From the NCBI RefSeq assembly GCF_006345805.1, contig NC_043003.1:114762001-114826000 (forward strand): a stretch of 64,000 bases of DNA, given 5' to 3'. The stretch is from Octopus sinensis (Eukaryota). Under the pieces are notes generated by a model that was not told the origin of the DNA, ran no database searches, and saw nothing but the letters and a program-made list of their open reading frames with translations. The translations under genes were made by a program, and so were the position numbers. How positions within the stretch are numbered: position 1 is the first letter of the stretch; each line of letters starts with the position of its first letter. Below, piece after piece: positions 26,902 through 41,838 of this stretch.

Positions 26902-27078
26902 TTCTACCTTTTGTTTCAGTCATTTGACTGCGGCCATGCTGGAGCACCACCTTACAGGGTTTTAGTCGAACAAATCCACCCTAGGATTTATTTTTTAAGT
27001 CTAATACTTATCCTATCGGTCTCTTTTGTCGAACCGATAAGTTACGGGGACGCAAACACATCGGTTTTCAAGCAGTGA

Positions 27079-27159
<81 letters not shown>

Positions 27160-27315
27160 TACATAGGCTTCTTTCAGTTTACATCAACCAAATCCACTCA
27201 TAATGCTTTAGTTGACCCGACGCTAGAATAGAAGTCACTTGCCCCAGGTGACACGCAGTGGGACTGAAACCAGAACCATGTGGTTGGGAAGCAGGCTTTT
27301 TGCCATGCAGCCACG
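26902..27315 (-). mobile_element. SINE family A
   Basis: Full collinear copy with internal (CA)n(TA)n. Confidence 0.88.
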
Positions 27316-28745
27316 TCGAGGTGGCCAGGTGTGGCAGAGGCAGGCTCAATCTGGGTTGACTTCGAAATAATCAGGGACATGAATTTAAAACATCCACCAC
27401 CACCATAACTACTACAACAGTTAACAGTACGTCGATCACCACCACCACTACCGCTGTATCCGACGCCATTTATTCATTCACCGCCAACACCGACACCATT
27501 CCCCATCGTCATCCCATACGCTTGCGTTCACTGCACAACACCCGCGACGCATCTGTCTTCGCCACCGACGCCATCTTGTTCTAATGACGGAACTCCTATG
27601 TGGTCGACTAGCCTGCAAGAAATAGCAACTAAGTCTTCCTCGGGTCATATTTACCGTCATAGAAAAGAAAGCTTTGGAAAGTGCGGTTTTCAGTTCTATA
27701 CATCACGAAGGAGGGAGAGAGGGAGAGAAATAGAGAAAGGAGAGAGAAAGTAGGAGGAAGAGAAACAGAGAAAGAGTGGCGGAGAGAAAGAGGGAGAGAC
27801 AGAGAGAAAGGAGAAGGGGAGATAGTCATGGGACTAGAATGTCTTTGATCAAAGGTTCGGTCGATCAGGAATACGGGGCTACACAGCAGCAGCAGCAGCA
27901 GCCAGAACCACGTTATCCACCATCTCAAAGCAGCACTATGTAATACCGTCACAATCACACCCCCACCATCCTCCCACTAGAGACATGCCAGTCACCACCG
28001 CCGCCACCACCGCCAACACAACCACCGTCGCCACCGCCGCTACTACCTACATAACAACCCACATCATCATCATGATGATCATCATCATCATTAACAAGAG
28101 GAACCATCAGTGACAAACATGACCATAGGCATCACCACAACTACAACAACAACAACCACCTCTGCCACCAAAATCCACCTCCACCACCGCAACCATCACC
28201 ATCACCATCACCATCAACAACATCAGCAGCATGACGACGATCGCCACCTCAGCCTCCGCATCCCCACCACCTCCCCCACCACCGCCACCGCCTTCCACTG
28301 TCTTCATTCGCCTGTCAATTTCTTTCATCTGGCAGCATTTCCTGTTTTTCCGCTGCTTTACACTTATTTTTCTATTTATTTTTTAGTTCTTTTTATTAAT
28401 TTTTGCCCTTCATGTTTTTCCATTCTACTTTCTTCACGTTTATTCCTTTCTTCTTCTTCTTCTTCTTCTTCTTCTTCTTCTTCTCTTCTTCTTCTTCTTC
28501 TTCTTCTTCTTCCCTTGACATGCATTAATATAATTCTTCTTTCACCCGACCTTCACAAATGATTGTGTCTTTTTTTTTTTCCTCTTCTTTCTCTTTTACA
28601 CTAATTTTTCTTCAAATATTTCTTGTCATAACCCGCCGCCATTCACATCTGATGTTTTCGTTGCTATTTTTATAGTAATTTAACCTAAGTTCAGCCCTGA
28701 TGGAGCACATCTATGATCAATGGCTTTCCATGCAGTGGCCAAGCC

Positions 28746-28794
<49 letters not shown>

Positions 28795-29803
28795 CCCTCC
28801 CATGCATTTATTTTCATTTTTGTATTTTTAAACGATGCATTATTCAACGTGTTCTCTCAACATTAAAGTCGGTTTAGATAGGATTAAAGAGTTATTTGAC
28901 TGCTGTTCGGATCATTTTTGATCAATCATATCTATGAACTAAGTACCGAGGTACTAAGCTGTCAACAACCGTTTGCAACCCATTAATCCTCCTCGGGAGC
29001 CTTTAGCGTTGCATTTTCTCTTGGTTGTTATTTCTAGCAGTACGAGCGACTACATAAAAATTGTGGCGGTTGTTGCCGCTATTGTTTTTGTTGTTTACAA
29101 TACTCTTCAATGTTGTCTCAAGGCCAGCAATTTTAAGAGTAGTTGGAATTCGAAAGAAATGCTGCTAAGCATTTTATTCGACGCGCAAACGATTCTTCCA
29201 CATCGCCGCCCCAGTGGTTCTTACAGATTGATGCCGTTCTTGTTACCTTACAGTTAAGCTTTGATTGAGCAACTAAATAATCACAGGTGTTTCGTTTAGT
29301 ATACAACCAGATTTTTTTCCTATTATTCCGGATCTAATTTATTCCGACACCTACGTTAGTGAAGGTGACATTGTTTTCTCAAGATGATTCGATGCGATTC
29401 CAAAGAGACGCTTTTATTAAGCCAGGTAGAATGACCGATCAGCCAGAGGACACTTGGTTGATTGGTTGTTGGTATGTTTATTGTTGTTGTTGTTGATGTT
29501 TACGTTTAAGCCAACGCTGAACGAAGATATGTTCTGGTAACGTGTGAGATAATGCAAATAGCAAAACACCTGAGATTGTGGTAAATGCTAATTATCCTAT
29601 AATGTTGTTCAACACCTGTAATAGTCATCCACTTCTACAGCCACGTTTTTCATGAGATCACGCAACGCAAAGCAAATATTGACAACCCACTTTTTCAGGT
29701 AAATACACTTCGTACACGGCGTGCAATACATAGTCATGTTAGATGTTCCATCGCTTTCGACGATGAGCGTTCAGTTTTAACAAAGAAATTACTTCGTTAG
29801 ATT

Positions 29804-30003
29804 AACTGGTTCTCAACATCCGAACCAGATCCATTATCCGGACCAGATCCCAAACATTTTTTTTAGGAGAATGCATCAAAATATGTAAAACACGAAACAA
29901 TAAAAGAAAAACATGTTATATATAGAGCGAAGACCGTCGTGGTTCGCTGAAAGGTTGTTTGAGGGTCACATGTGGCCATGGGTTTGCTAGTTGAGAACCT
30001 CTG
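29804..30003. mobile_element. hAT (Charlie-like) MITE, degenerate
   Basis: Ends ctggttctcaac ... gttgagaacctctg resemble CAGTGGTTCTCAAC TIRs; both flanks contain TTAGA. Confidence 0.5.
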
Positions 30004-30439
30004 TTTTAGAGGCCGTGTATTCCGTAGATGTGGGCATCGCTTCTTAATTCTTAAGTTGAATCAGTGAAAGACCTTTAATTTAGAAATGTAACCCCACGTT
30101 ATGTTGGGAGACACTTGCTGGATTAGCAGCGTCATAGGATTGAACCTGAAATGGGTATGATTTGGAAGTGAATTTCTTAACCACTCAGTTATGTTTTTTC
30201 AAGTTCCAGAGTATTCCCTTGCTATTTGTTCCGGCGCCTTTTTTTCAGAGTTCAAATCCCACCGTAGTCGATGGATATTTTACACGCTGTCCGGATTGGA
30301 AGAATAGTTAGCACGTTATTCTCCGGCGCTGGCTTGTATTCATAGAAAATCCCTGGTAGCTTGCCACAACCAGTTATGGAATAATTAACGGCTCTTTTAC
30401 AGTGAGTTCCTCTTTCATTTAGCTCCCCCCACCCCAGGT

Positions 30440-30929
30440 TCGATGATCTTTAATTCCTTTACTTCTTTTCTTCGGCTGAATGAAATTTCTTAACATATTC
30501 ATTCTTGTAGAGAAATTTAAGCATCTAATCATTGTTCTTTTTCAGAGAGATGTCAGATCCTATGGCTGTTGTCTTTGGAGACAGCTTGCATCTTCATCAA
30601 TGGACGTCCTCCATTTTTTCTTGGGATGTTACCTACATCTGCCTTTGGATGAAGCATGCGGTGCATTCGAAGAAACTTGGGTATTTTTATATCAATTTCA
30701 TTTATTTCTTTGATAGAACATTTTACTGTTTTAAAGTTGTAAGCCAGAGTGTTGATGGCATCGATCCTGGTCGAATTATTTTGCTCCAGATATTGAACTG
30801 GTTCATATTTTAAAGAAGCTCAGGCTGATGAAAGGCAAAGAGATACCTGATGAAACTCGAACCCAGCTTGCACAGGAACACAACTAAGATATTTTGTATG
30901 TAATTCTATGAATTTAGTAATTCCACTGT
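30440..30929 (-). mobile_element. R4/Dong RT C-terminal fragment
   Basis: RIDAINTLA...EIDIKIPKFLRMHRMLHPKADVGNIPRKNGGRPLM. Confidence 0.85.
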
Positions 30930-31142
30930 CCTCTTTTCTCTTTTCTCTTTTACTTGTTTCAGTCATTTGACTGCGGCCATGCTGGAGCACCACCTTTAGT
31001 CGAGGAAATCGACCCCGGGATTTATTCTTTGTAAGCCCAGTACTTATTCTATCGGTCCCTTTTGCCGACCCGCTAAGTAACGGGGACGTAAACACACCAG
31101 CATCGGTTGTCAAGCAATGCTAGGGGGACAAACACAGACACA

Positions 31143-31209
<67 letters not shown>

Positions 31210-31375
31210 TTACGACAGGCTTCTTTCAGTTTCCGTCTACCAAATCTACTCACAAGGCATTGGTCGGCCCGGGGCTATAGCAGAAGACACCTGCCCAAGA
31301 TGCCACGTAGTGGGACTGAACCCGGAACCATGCAGTTGGTTAGAAAGCTACTTACCACACAGCCACTCCTGCGCC
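30930..31375 (-). mobile_element. SINE family A, young full-length copy
   Basis: Head GGCGCAGGAGTGGCTGTGTGGTAAG (A box) and GGGTTCAGTCCC (B box), followed by a ttgggcaagtgtcttc-type central motif; tail of (AAAAGAG)-like repeats. Confidence 0.93.
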
Positions 31376-32364
31376 TAGTAATAATAAATTCAAAATAATG
31401 ACAATAATAAAGCTAATAATTTATTATTCAATTGTCTTTATTGCAGTCGTCATTAACACTTCATCCAACACGACAATCATCGGCAACGTCAACATCATCA
31501 ACATCATCATTATCATCATCATCATCACTCTTTAAAATTTTTAAATGTATTATTTCAGCCCTGTTCTCATGTTCTCAGCGATTCCACCCTAACATCATCT
31601 TGCACAACAATGCTCACCATTGCTACTGTGGTCGCAAGAGTAACAATAGTTACTGTCAGAGTTGATAATGATGGTTAAAATAGTCATTATCACTAACTTC
31701 GTTAATTACCTTCTACTTCATCATCATCATCAGCATCGCTATCTTCATCACTGTCCACCTTGCAATCGTTAAAATTTTTGTCTCGTGGCGTGGAAAAATC
31801 AGTGTGTTGATGACGTCATTCATGGCCATCTTATACCATCTCGATGGTCATTAACGTCTACTTGATTCTTCAGAAAGGTCGAAAACACTCGAGTTATGTA
31901 CTAAAGTACTTAGGTGTCCACAAACACAGTTTCAGCTACAATTTAGACTTACACATGCATAAATAGAAGCAGTCATGCAAGCACATATGAATGCAGGCAA
32001 GCATTCACAGAGGCATTGAAAGACATTCGTTTGCCTTTTCGTGCTCCGGATGCCATTTAATTTCGAGTATGGAGATATATAAACATACATGTGGACAAAC
32101 GCCAATACAGGCGTCAATACTTACATCACACATTGTGAAATCCATGTCCATCCAGAACCATTCACGACATATTTACTGGTGTTATTTAAGCAGATGCAAA
32201 CATGCGTTCAATGAAAGGCATGTTTGTCTCCTCTGTATTTCCGCGGCTGGTTCCATCTTTTATGCATATTTCTGCAGCATTCAATGTTGCATCGGTGTGT
32301 TTCTGCGTGTGTGTGAATGTCGATATGTGTGTGTGTATACAGGCATTTGCGTTGTAGTGTGCAT

Positions 32365-32425
<61 letters not shown>

Positions 32426-32516
32426 CACACATCGATGTATACATATGTATATTTAAATGTGCATTCACTTGTATTTCAATGCTGCATCGGTATGTGTGTG
32501 CGTGTCTGTGTGTATG

Positions 32517-32562
<46 letters not shown>

Positions 32563-33150
32563 TGTACGTAGTGTGTATACTTATATGCATATGTGAGTGA
32601 GTATATGTTTATGAGTGTTTGTGTCTGAGTGGTTGTGTGTATATGGCGAAAATTCCATACGTTCGTTTTATGTTTTTATTTAATGTAGCTGTTTAATATT
32701 AGGCAAATATAATATATACAAATGGGAACTATTGTTACAATAAAATGCGCATTCTCTGGAATTCAGGGATTATAATCTATTACATGAATCTGCAACTGTA
32801 CATATATCTATTAGCATACGATGCAGCCTCTCGCGAAAGTAACTTATGAATACGCTCCAGCACAGCAACAGTGTACGGCTATAAATTACAAGTTTATTAT
32901 TCTATAAAACAAACATCTTACAAATGTGTACAAACCCAAGTAAGGCCTATGGCAATAAATAAGGCATCATTATCATAAAAATGGTTGTTTAAATGGATTC
33001 AAACCCAAAACTAACCATAACTACAGGCGATCTTCGTGTTATTTAAGTTGAGAAGAGATTTCTTCACTTATATACGCATATATAAGTGTTTAGATCTACA
33101 TATCTTCCTAGCTTCCCAAGAAACGTTTAGGAATCTATCACAATATACAT

Positions 33151-33245
<95 letters not shown>

Positions 33246-33462
33246 GTGTCTGTGTGTATAATAGTTAATAGCATGTTTACTTGGAAATTCCGCTGTTACT
33301 CTCTTCTCAAAGGAATGAATATTAACGAAACTTCAAAGTAAAGAGTCACTGTTTGAAGATGATATTCTGACTCTACAGTCAATGTTGAGTTCTATCTGTA
33401 CGTATGTAGTCTACCGAAAGACGAACACAAACATAAAAACGAGTAACACACATGCATATACA

Positions 33463-34236
33463 GGATCTTTTCGGTTTGAACGGCAGTTTTTAACATAATT
33501 TCTAGGTAACTAGAAAATTTTAAACTTCGTATACTGGTAGAATGTGTTTATAAAACATCTTTTTCTCTTGGCTTTATTGAGAAAACTCTATAGTTTGTAA
33601 GATATTTACTCTCTTTTTACTCTTTTACTTGTTTCAGTCATTTGACTGCTGCCATGCTGGAGCACCGCCTTTAGTCGAGCAACTCGACCCCGGGACTTAT
33701 TCTTTGTAAGCCGAGTACTTATTCTATCGGTCTCTTTTGCCGAACCGCTAAGTGACGGGGACGTAAACACACCAGCATCGGTTGTCAAGCAATGCTAGGG
33801 GGACAAACACAGACACACAAACATATACACACACACTTATATATATATACATATATGCGACAGGCTTCTTTCAGTTTCCGTCTACCAAATCCACTCACAA
33901 GGCATTGGTCTGCCCGGGGCTATAGCAGAAGACACTTGCCCAAGATGCCTGATGTTGTTTTTTTCTTCAATTTCTGCAATTTCAACCAATCACTGACGTC
34001 CATTGAGGTAAAAAACATTATGTGCCGTATGAATATGTTCCTTGTTTAAGAAACAGATTGGGTTTATTTACATTTGTGAAGAAAAAAAAGATACCCTTCC
34101 CCCCATCTCTAACTCTAAATAACCCTAACCCTAAAACACATTGAAAAGCAATAGATCGATACTAGGGTCATAATTATGGGTGACAATTTCATATGACACC
34201 GCTAGAAAAAAACTGCCGTTCAAACCGAAAGGATCC
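33463..34236 (-). mobile_element. GG-terminal MITE, copy 3, interrupted by SINE A
   Basis: TIRs present; perfect TSD CATATACA at 33455-33462 and 34237-34244. Confidence 0.93.
33607..33950 (-). mobile_element. 5'-truncated SINE family A nested in the MITE
   Basis: Lacks the tRNA head; MITE sequence resumes on both sides. Confidence 0.9.
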
Positions 34237-34665
34237 CATATACACTATAAGTACAGTTATACTCACACGCGGACGCAAAAACACACAGATTCATATAGTT
34301 TATTGCTCCGTTAGGGCACGATCAACGGAAAACGCACACCATACTGTGACTGATATAGTGAAATGTACACAGATACCGGCTACTAAATGTTTCTCACTTC
34401 GGAGAGATGCGTCAAGGCAGGTCTTTATAACGCGATTTGTGTCTCCAAGCAAATTCCAGGCTCTGGGAACATGATCTGTTCCATTTGAAAATCAGGACAC
34501 TGATGCATGAAATACCATAATGCATCGTATACCAGCGTCCTGATGTGCTCAGAGCAAGAGTTGACTGAGGGCACAAGTGCATAATAAAAACTTGCCTACG
34601 CATATGTCTCCATATCAAGAAAACCTTAGTATCTCGTATTTTTACAATGTTTACATTGAATGGTA

Positions 34666-34787
<122 letters not shown>

Positions 34788-35125
34788 CGTTCCCCCTGTT
34801 TTGGTTGTTTCCTTCTTTTCGTCTTTGTTGCTGTACACATTCGCTAGCTTTCTTACAACGGGGTCAATGCTCTTAGCTTATACTTTTTTAGGGACAACCA
34901 GATCGAACCATCTCAAGTGTAACTGTCCGAAATGGTCGTGACTGCTGGTACTTGACTGATGAAAGAAACCCAAGAATGACCTGTCTTTTTCTTTTTTTAA
35001 CCTGTCCTAATTGTTTCTCTTGTCCGCCTTTTTTGTGTCCGAACGATTCAATGCCCTCCATTGCGTTTCTCTTGTCCGCCTTTTTTGTGTCCGAACGATT
35101 CAATGCCCTCCATTGCGTTTTTGTT

Positions 35126-35204
<79 letters not shown>

Positions 35205-35539
35205 CACACATATATATATATATACACACACATATATATATACACACTATATATATATAAATACACACATATATATACACACATATATATATATTCACAC
35301 ATACATATATATACACACACACACACACATATATACATATATATATATATAGACACACATATATATATACACACATATATATACACACACACATATATAT
35401 ATATATACACACACACACATATATATATATACACACATATATATATATATATATGTATGTATGTGTGTGTGTGTATATATATATATATGCATGTATGTAT
35501 GTATGTGTGTATATAATATATATATATATGAAAGAGTAA

Positions 35540-35880
35540 ATATGTTAGATTCACTTCGCTCCTGAATGACCATTGGACTGCACCTAGAAAATTCCCCTTC
35601 GAGGAAAACGTCCGGGAAAGGTTGTTTATAGAACACCAGCAGCCGCCCATACAAACTAGCCTTCCCTCTCCACACCACCGATTTTATTCAAGGAAAAGGC
35701 AAAGGCCAATACAATTTCTCACCCGTGAAGTCGCAACTCATTTCTACAGCTTAGTGAACAGGAGTGACGTGAAGTAAAGTGTCTCGTTCAAGAATGCAAC
35801 ATACAGCTCGGTCCGAGAATCGAATTCATAACCTCTTGATTGTCATCCCGACGCACTAACCATTGATTTATGCGCCTTCC
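35540..35880 (-). mobile_element. tRNA-derived SINE family E (central domain Meta/Ceph-like by recall)
   Basis: Minus-strand head ggaaggcgcata..aatggttagtgcgtc...gaattcgattctcgg, then cttgaacgagacactttacttcacg. Confidence 0.65.
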
Positions 35881-35899
35881 CCTTTATGTATAGATAATT

Positions 35900-36294
35900 T
35901 TTAATCGCAGAATTCGATCTCAGGACTTACTTTTTCTAAGCTTAGTACTTATTCTATCAGGTTCTCTTGCCGAACCGCTAGCATACGGGGTCAAACACAT
36001 GAGCGTCAGTTGTCAAGTGATAACATGAGGACAAAGACTCTAACACACGCACACACACAAACATACACACAAACACACACACAATTATATGCATATATAT
36101 ATATATATACACATACATGCATGCATACATCCGAAGGGCTTCTTTCAGTTTCCGTCTACCAAATCCATTCTTGAGGCTTTGGTCGGCTTGAGGCTATAGT
36201 AGAAGACACTTCCTAAAGTTATCACGCAGCAGGACTGAACCCGGAACCATGTGGTTGGGAAGCAAGCTTCTTATCACATAGCCACTCCTGCGCC
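35900..36294 (-). mobile_element. SINE family A, 3'-eroded
   Basis: Intact head ending at gccactcctgcgcc. Confidence 0.85.
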
Positions 36295-36341
36295 TAGATG
36301 CATTTTTTTTTGCATCTACGCCTATATATATATTATATACA

Positions 36342-36390
<49 letters not shown>

Positions 36391-36679
36391 GTTTATATCT
36401 ACATATATAATATATACATAAAGAGAGAGATAACGATGGAAATAAACGAATAAAACCATTTGGTTTATGTAAATAGAGAGAAAACAGAGTGAAAATATTT
36501 ACACGATGAACATTCCTGCATAAATGTATAGATATTTATATAATAATGCAGCAGGCTTACACTGGAGAGAAACACAAGAAATGATCGAGTGGGGGAAGGT
36601 ATTACAGGTCAGGCAGCTGCTTTGGGAGATGTAGTTCGCAAGAAGTTAAGGGTATGCAGCCAGTAGTCTAAACATATGA

Positions 36680-37290
36680 ACGTTAGGTAAATCCAGATTT
36701 CTTCTTCAAGGAGGAGAGACTGGTATATGACGATCAGATCATCCCATAAGTTCTGTCCGATTTTACCTTTGTTTACCACACCCTAAGTATGTAATGGCAT
36801 AGAGTAGATTTTCCGAGAGAGTGGTACTTCGACGGAGTGATATTCCTGTTTGGCCAATATAATTATTACCACACCCTAAGCATGTAATGGCATAGAGTAG
36901 ATTTTCCGAGAGGGTGGTACTTCGACGGAGTGATATTCCTGTTTGGCCAATATAATTATTACTACACCCTAAGCATGAAATAGCATAGATTAGATTTTCC
37001 GAGAGAGTAGTACTTCGACGGAGTGATATTCCTGTTTGGCCAATATAATTATTACCACACCCTAAGCATGTAATGGCATAGATTATATTTTCCGAGAGGG
37101 TGGTACTTCGACGGAGTGATATTCCTGTTTGGCCAATATAATTATTACCACATCCTAAGCATATAATGGCATAGATTAGATTTTCCGAGGCACATGTGAA
37201 ACTTGTTGCATTAAATGTGATATGATATTTGCAGTGTGGGGTCGCGCATTGTCCTGCCTTCATATGAAAAAAAGTTCTTCTCTCTATCTG
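36680..37290 (-). mobile_element. PLE GIY-YIG endonuclease fragment amplified as a 93-bp in-frame tandem repeat
   Basis: Unit starts at 36809, 36902, 36995, 37088 and 37181; peptide SENLIYAITCLGCGNNYIGQTGISLRRSTTL; decayed hammerhead-like motif at about 36679-36710. Confidence 0.88.
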
Positions 37291-37369
37291 GTGGGATTGC
37301 AAAGGAGTAATTAACTTTGAATTGTTACCATCTAATGCAACAATCAATGCTCTACTGTTAGCAATGAGA

Positions 37370-37475
37370 GCGTTTGAACCAAGCTTTTAAGAAAAAAGAC
37401 CTGCTTTAGTGAATCTCGAAAAGGAGTGATGTTTCATAAGGACAATGCGCGACCCCACACTGCAAAGATCACATC
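37370..37475 (+). mobile_element. mariner transposase fragment
   Basis: KRPAL...GVMFHKDNARPHTAKIT matches the mariner HDNARPH motif. Confidence 0.8.
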
Positions 37476-38249
37476 ACATCTAATGCAACAAATTTCACCT
37501 GGAATGACTATATATATATATATACACATATAGTCATTCGAGGATTCCAGGAGAAATACACACACAGACATTAAAAATGGGCACACAAAAGGAACATTTT
37601 AATAGATTTACCTATACATCGCTTTCTGATGCACAATGACTGGTGGTATAAACATGCATAGTATGAAATAAAGACCCATTATATTGCATGTGTGTAGGAT
37701 AGCACGAATTTTTAGAGATCTATGTAGCGAAGTCAGAGGATTCTGGAACAATAATATGACTTAGGTTCAGGGATTTCTAAAATTCAATGCTATTACATAC
37801 ACCTATGATAATATAGGTTTTTATTACATAATATGCATCGTTATGCCATCAGATATTTCTCATCCGAAACAGCTGTAAAGATTTGATTATTTCATTCCTT
37901 TTGTTTATCTGAGTTCGAAACTTTCCATGCGAATACATGCTTTATTCCTACTGTGTTTATCTGACATTGTTTACTTGGTCTATGATCAAAACAAATGGGC
38001 ACTTTGAATTTATTGTAAAATAGGAAAACCTGAGCGAGCAAAAACCTCGGTATTGCCACCAAAACTTATGCCAATTTAAATAGAGTCGCCAAATTACATC
38101 TCAAAGCAGGCAGATAAAAGGGAGAATATGTAAATCTTTGGAAGAGCAAAATGTTGGTGTTTTGAGCGCATTTCACAGCCACACTCAATCTAAAAATGAA
38201 TAAATGAACAAATAAACTAGTCTAAGATTCTCCAATAAAAACTGAGCGA

Positions 38250-39440
38250 TGTAATTCTGAACTAAATGTAACTCGAACGCCATCAGATTAAATAACTTTA
38301 GAACATACATTACGAAAGCAAAAATATCAAGAATTGAGATATTCTACTTAAATGAAACAATTCATCGCCAAACAGAAAGAGGACTAAAACAGAATTAATG
38401 AAAGTAGCATAAACCAGAAAACCACGAGGATGAAAAGTAGCAACAGACAAAACAATGTGAATAAGAAGACAGCAAGAAATCCGGGTCATTAAACACCTCA
38501 ACTTTGAGGAACAGAATACAAAAGAGAAACAATATGCTGAATATTTCTGAGAATGTGAAGGAAATTTAGGAAGAAAATCGAAAGATGGATATCTCAAGTA
38601 TGAAAACAATTAAAAAAATTAAAATCAATGCCTTGATAAAACTGAAACATCAAATATCAAGCAAAAAAGAAAACAAAATATACAGAAAACTGGATAACAC
38701 AATAAAAAAAAACCGGAACATCATTATCATAAACAGTAAAAGGTAAGTTGCAGCCATCTGGTTCGTAAAGGAAAATGGAGAATACCTCTGCTCTACTTAT
38801 TTTGGCAGATCAAAAGCCAAACAAACGATATGGAAAACAAATATTACAGAAAAAAGTGTAGAGGGAGACGAGGGAAAAATCTTTCAAGTCTTAATGAAAT
38901 CGATAACGAAAACACACAAGTGAAACAAATTGGAGCGACAAATAGAACACAACAAATAAAAGAATATATTCACGAAATCAAAGAACGCCTGAAACTAGAG
39001 ATCCTCGCTAAATCACAAAGAATTCGTGGCTATAGATAAATTGTCAATTTGACGCTAAGATTATAGAGGCAAAGACGATCAATAATGAATAAATGTACAA
39101 TACATTCGTTAATACCCGACCTATAATTATTATGTTTACGATAGATAAATGCCTTCTACAATTAGTAAATTAGTATGAAACAACTAACGTGTGATATTTG
39201 ATAAATAATATAGTGAAAGTTAGACAAAAGCAGGAATACATGAAAAAATATGAAAGAAAAATTCTTTTCAGTTTTCAAGAAAGCGAGCAAATATAAAACA
39301 GAGACTGGGTCAACAGACATTTGTGAAGAAGATGGAGGAAGAAAAACATAAATTAGTTATTAGAAATTTAAATTTAAACGAAATTGACCAACAAAATGAC
39401 GTAAGCTATTAAGCAAGAACATCTTAATAACCAAAACGAT
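38250..39440 (+). mobile_element. Degenerate R4/Dong N-terminal region
   Basis: IHEIKERLKLEILAKSQRIRGY resembles the R4 LKQ.I.AK..RIRRY segment. Confidence 0.6.
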
Positions 39441-40054
39441 ACAAAATAAAGTAGGAAGGAAGGAAAACAAATAATGAGATCTCCTTCAGAATTGAAGAAC
39501 TCAGGGCTGAAAGCAAAGTGTCATCATTTGTATCTAACCAAAGTATATAATAAAGAAGACAAGAATTTCAGAATATGTCGGCTTATTAAGAATCGATCAA
39601 CTGCCGTTAGATGCTGACTCACAAACCGTAAGCCATATATATACAAGCGGGAAAGGGTGCGAGTTTCCATTCATTACAATTCAAGTTAGCATTATGAAAC
39701 AGCTGTAGAAAACGGACCTATCACAGCGAAAACTCTTAGATAAGTGGTCGTTTGAAAAATTTCCTAATATGGTCCAGTAACGGAGCTACCATGTAGTCGT
39801 TTACCTCATAGATCTAAATAGCATCTAAATCTTCCTCAGGTCATATCCTACTTTTTAAATATTCTGGAGTACTAGTAAAAATCGAGATAGTCACAGCTGG
39901 AATGTTTTGATAACAGAACTACTCAATCTTGGATGGCCCAACCACAGAAACCAGAAAAAGGTTTCAGAAAATGAACGCAAAGATAATCTTGAATATACCA
40001 CTTCTCAAAGACAGTAATTATAAAGATTAGGCCAGATATTACTGTCAAAAACCA

Positions 40055-40675
40055 TTTTACTTTGTTCAGTCATTAGACTGAGGCCATTCTGGAGCAGAGT
40101 CTTGAAGAATTAAATCGACTCCAGTATAGATCTTTACGCCTGATACGCTATTGGTCTCTTTTGCAGAACCACTAAGTTATGGAGATGTAAATAACCAACC
40201 TTGATTGACAATCGGTTGTGGGAGACAGACACAAAGACACACAAACACGTACATATATATATATGCATATATATATATATATACATGCATATATATATAT
40301 ACATACATATATATATATACATACATGCATATATATATACATATATATATATATACATACATGCATATATATACGTATATATTTATACACATATATATAT
40401 ATATATATATACATACATATATAGATATACATACATATATAGATATACATACATACATATATACACATACAGATATACATACATATATACACATACATAT
40501 ATATATACATACATATATACATACATATATATATACATACATATATATATATATACATACATATACATAGATACATATATATACATACATATTTACACAT
40601 ACATATATATATATATACATAGATACATATCTATACATACATACATACATATACATATATATATACACATTAATA
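40055..40675 (-). mobile_element. SINE family A 3' half whose internal microsatellite expanded to about 430 bp of (TA/CA)n
   Basis: SINE tail at 40055-40245, then microsatellite; no head found. Confidence 0.75.
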
Positions 40676-40751
40676 TAACGTAAAATGAATAATTTTACCA
40701 GGTGATCAGTGCGGACATAAAAACCTTATAGTTACATTTTAGAAATTATTA

Positions 40752-40980
40752 TATAATTAGATACATAATTAAAACAAAGGGTCGGCTATACGCCCCACCA
40801 CACACTGCTAGAAATAGACGCCAAAGCTCCTATTACCACCTCAAAATCTCCGAGAATAACACCATATTGTGTTTTTTCTCGGAGATTTTAAGGTGGTAAT
40901 ATGAGCTTTAGCGTCTATTTCTAGCAGTGCGTGGTGAGGCGTATAGCCGACCCCTTGTTATAATTATGTATCTAATTATA
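40752..40980. mobile_element. About 230-bp fold-back MITE with TA ends
   Basis: Arms of about 105 bp are near-perfect reverse complements (tataattagatacataatt ... aattatgtatctaattata). Confidence 0.9.
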
Positions 40981-41396
40981 AGATATTTTGTATATACATA
41001 TATATATGAAAATATTTAGGATAATTCGGATAGAAATCTCGTAACGCGCGTTTAAGATTTCTTATGCAATTATTTGGCTACCGCATGTTATCCTACATTA
41101 GGGTATATTCCAGAACTTGTTACATTTGTGGGACTCCAGTTTGCATAAGATTAGTAATATTATAACATAAGGAGTATATTAGGCTTTATATTAAGCACCA
41201 AACTACGCCTTTCAGTTGCTGAGTTTCTAATCCTATTCCAATATACAAGATTATTCTTTATAATTAGTATATACATGAAACTGGTGTGCACAAACATTTG
41301 TTGGGACCTACTATTAAAGCCTGATATCCTCCATCCTCGGGGTAAATATTCCTTATACACACACATGCATACACACGCACACACATATATATATAT

Positions 41397-41801
41397 ACTC
41401 TTTTACTCTTTTCAGTCATTTGACTGTGGCCATGCTGGAGCACCACCTTTTTAGTCGAGCAAATCCACCCCAGAACTTATTCTTTGTAAGCCTAGTACTT
41501 ATTCTATCGGTCTCTTTTGCCGAACCGCTAAGTTACGGGGACGTAAACACACCAGCATCGGTTGTCAAGCGATGTTGGGGGGACAACACACATACACACA
41601 AACAAACACTCACATATATATATATATATATATATATATACGACGGGCTTCTTTCAGTTTCCGTCTACCAAAACCACTCGCCAGGCTTTGGTCGGCCCGA
41701 GGCTATAGTAGAAAACACATACCCAAGGTGCCACGCAGTGGGACTGAACCCGGAACTATGTGGTTCGTAAGCAAGCTAATTACCACACAGCCACTCCTAC
41801 G

Positions 41802-41803
<2 letters not shown>
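41397..41803 (-). mobile_element. SINE family A
   Basis: Full collinear copy. Confidence 0.92.

Positions 41804-41834
<31 letters not shown>

Positions 41835-41838
<4 letters not shown>

Noticed and set aside
30822-30865. CTGATGA...GAAAC hammerhead-like motif
   Set aside because: No proper stem I, stem III or cleavage triplet; it lies antisense within an R4 RT fragment.
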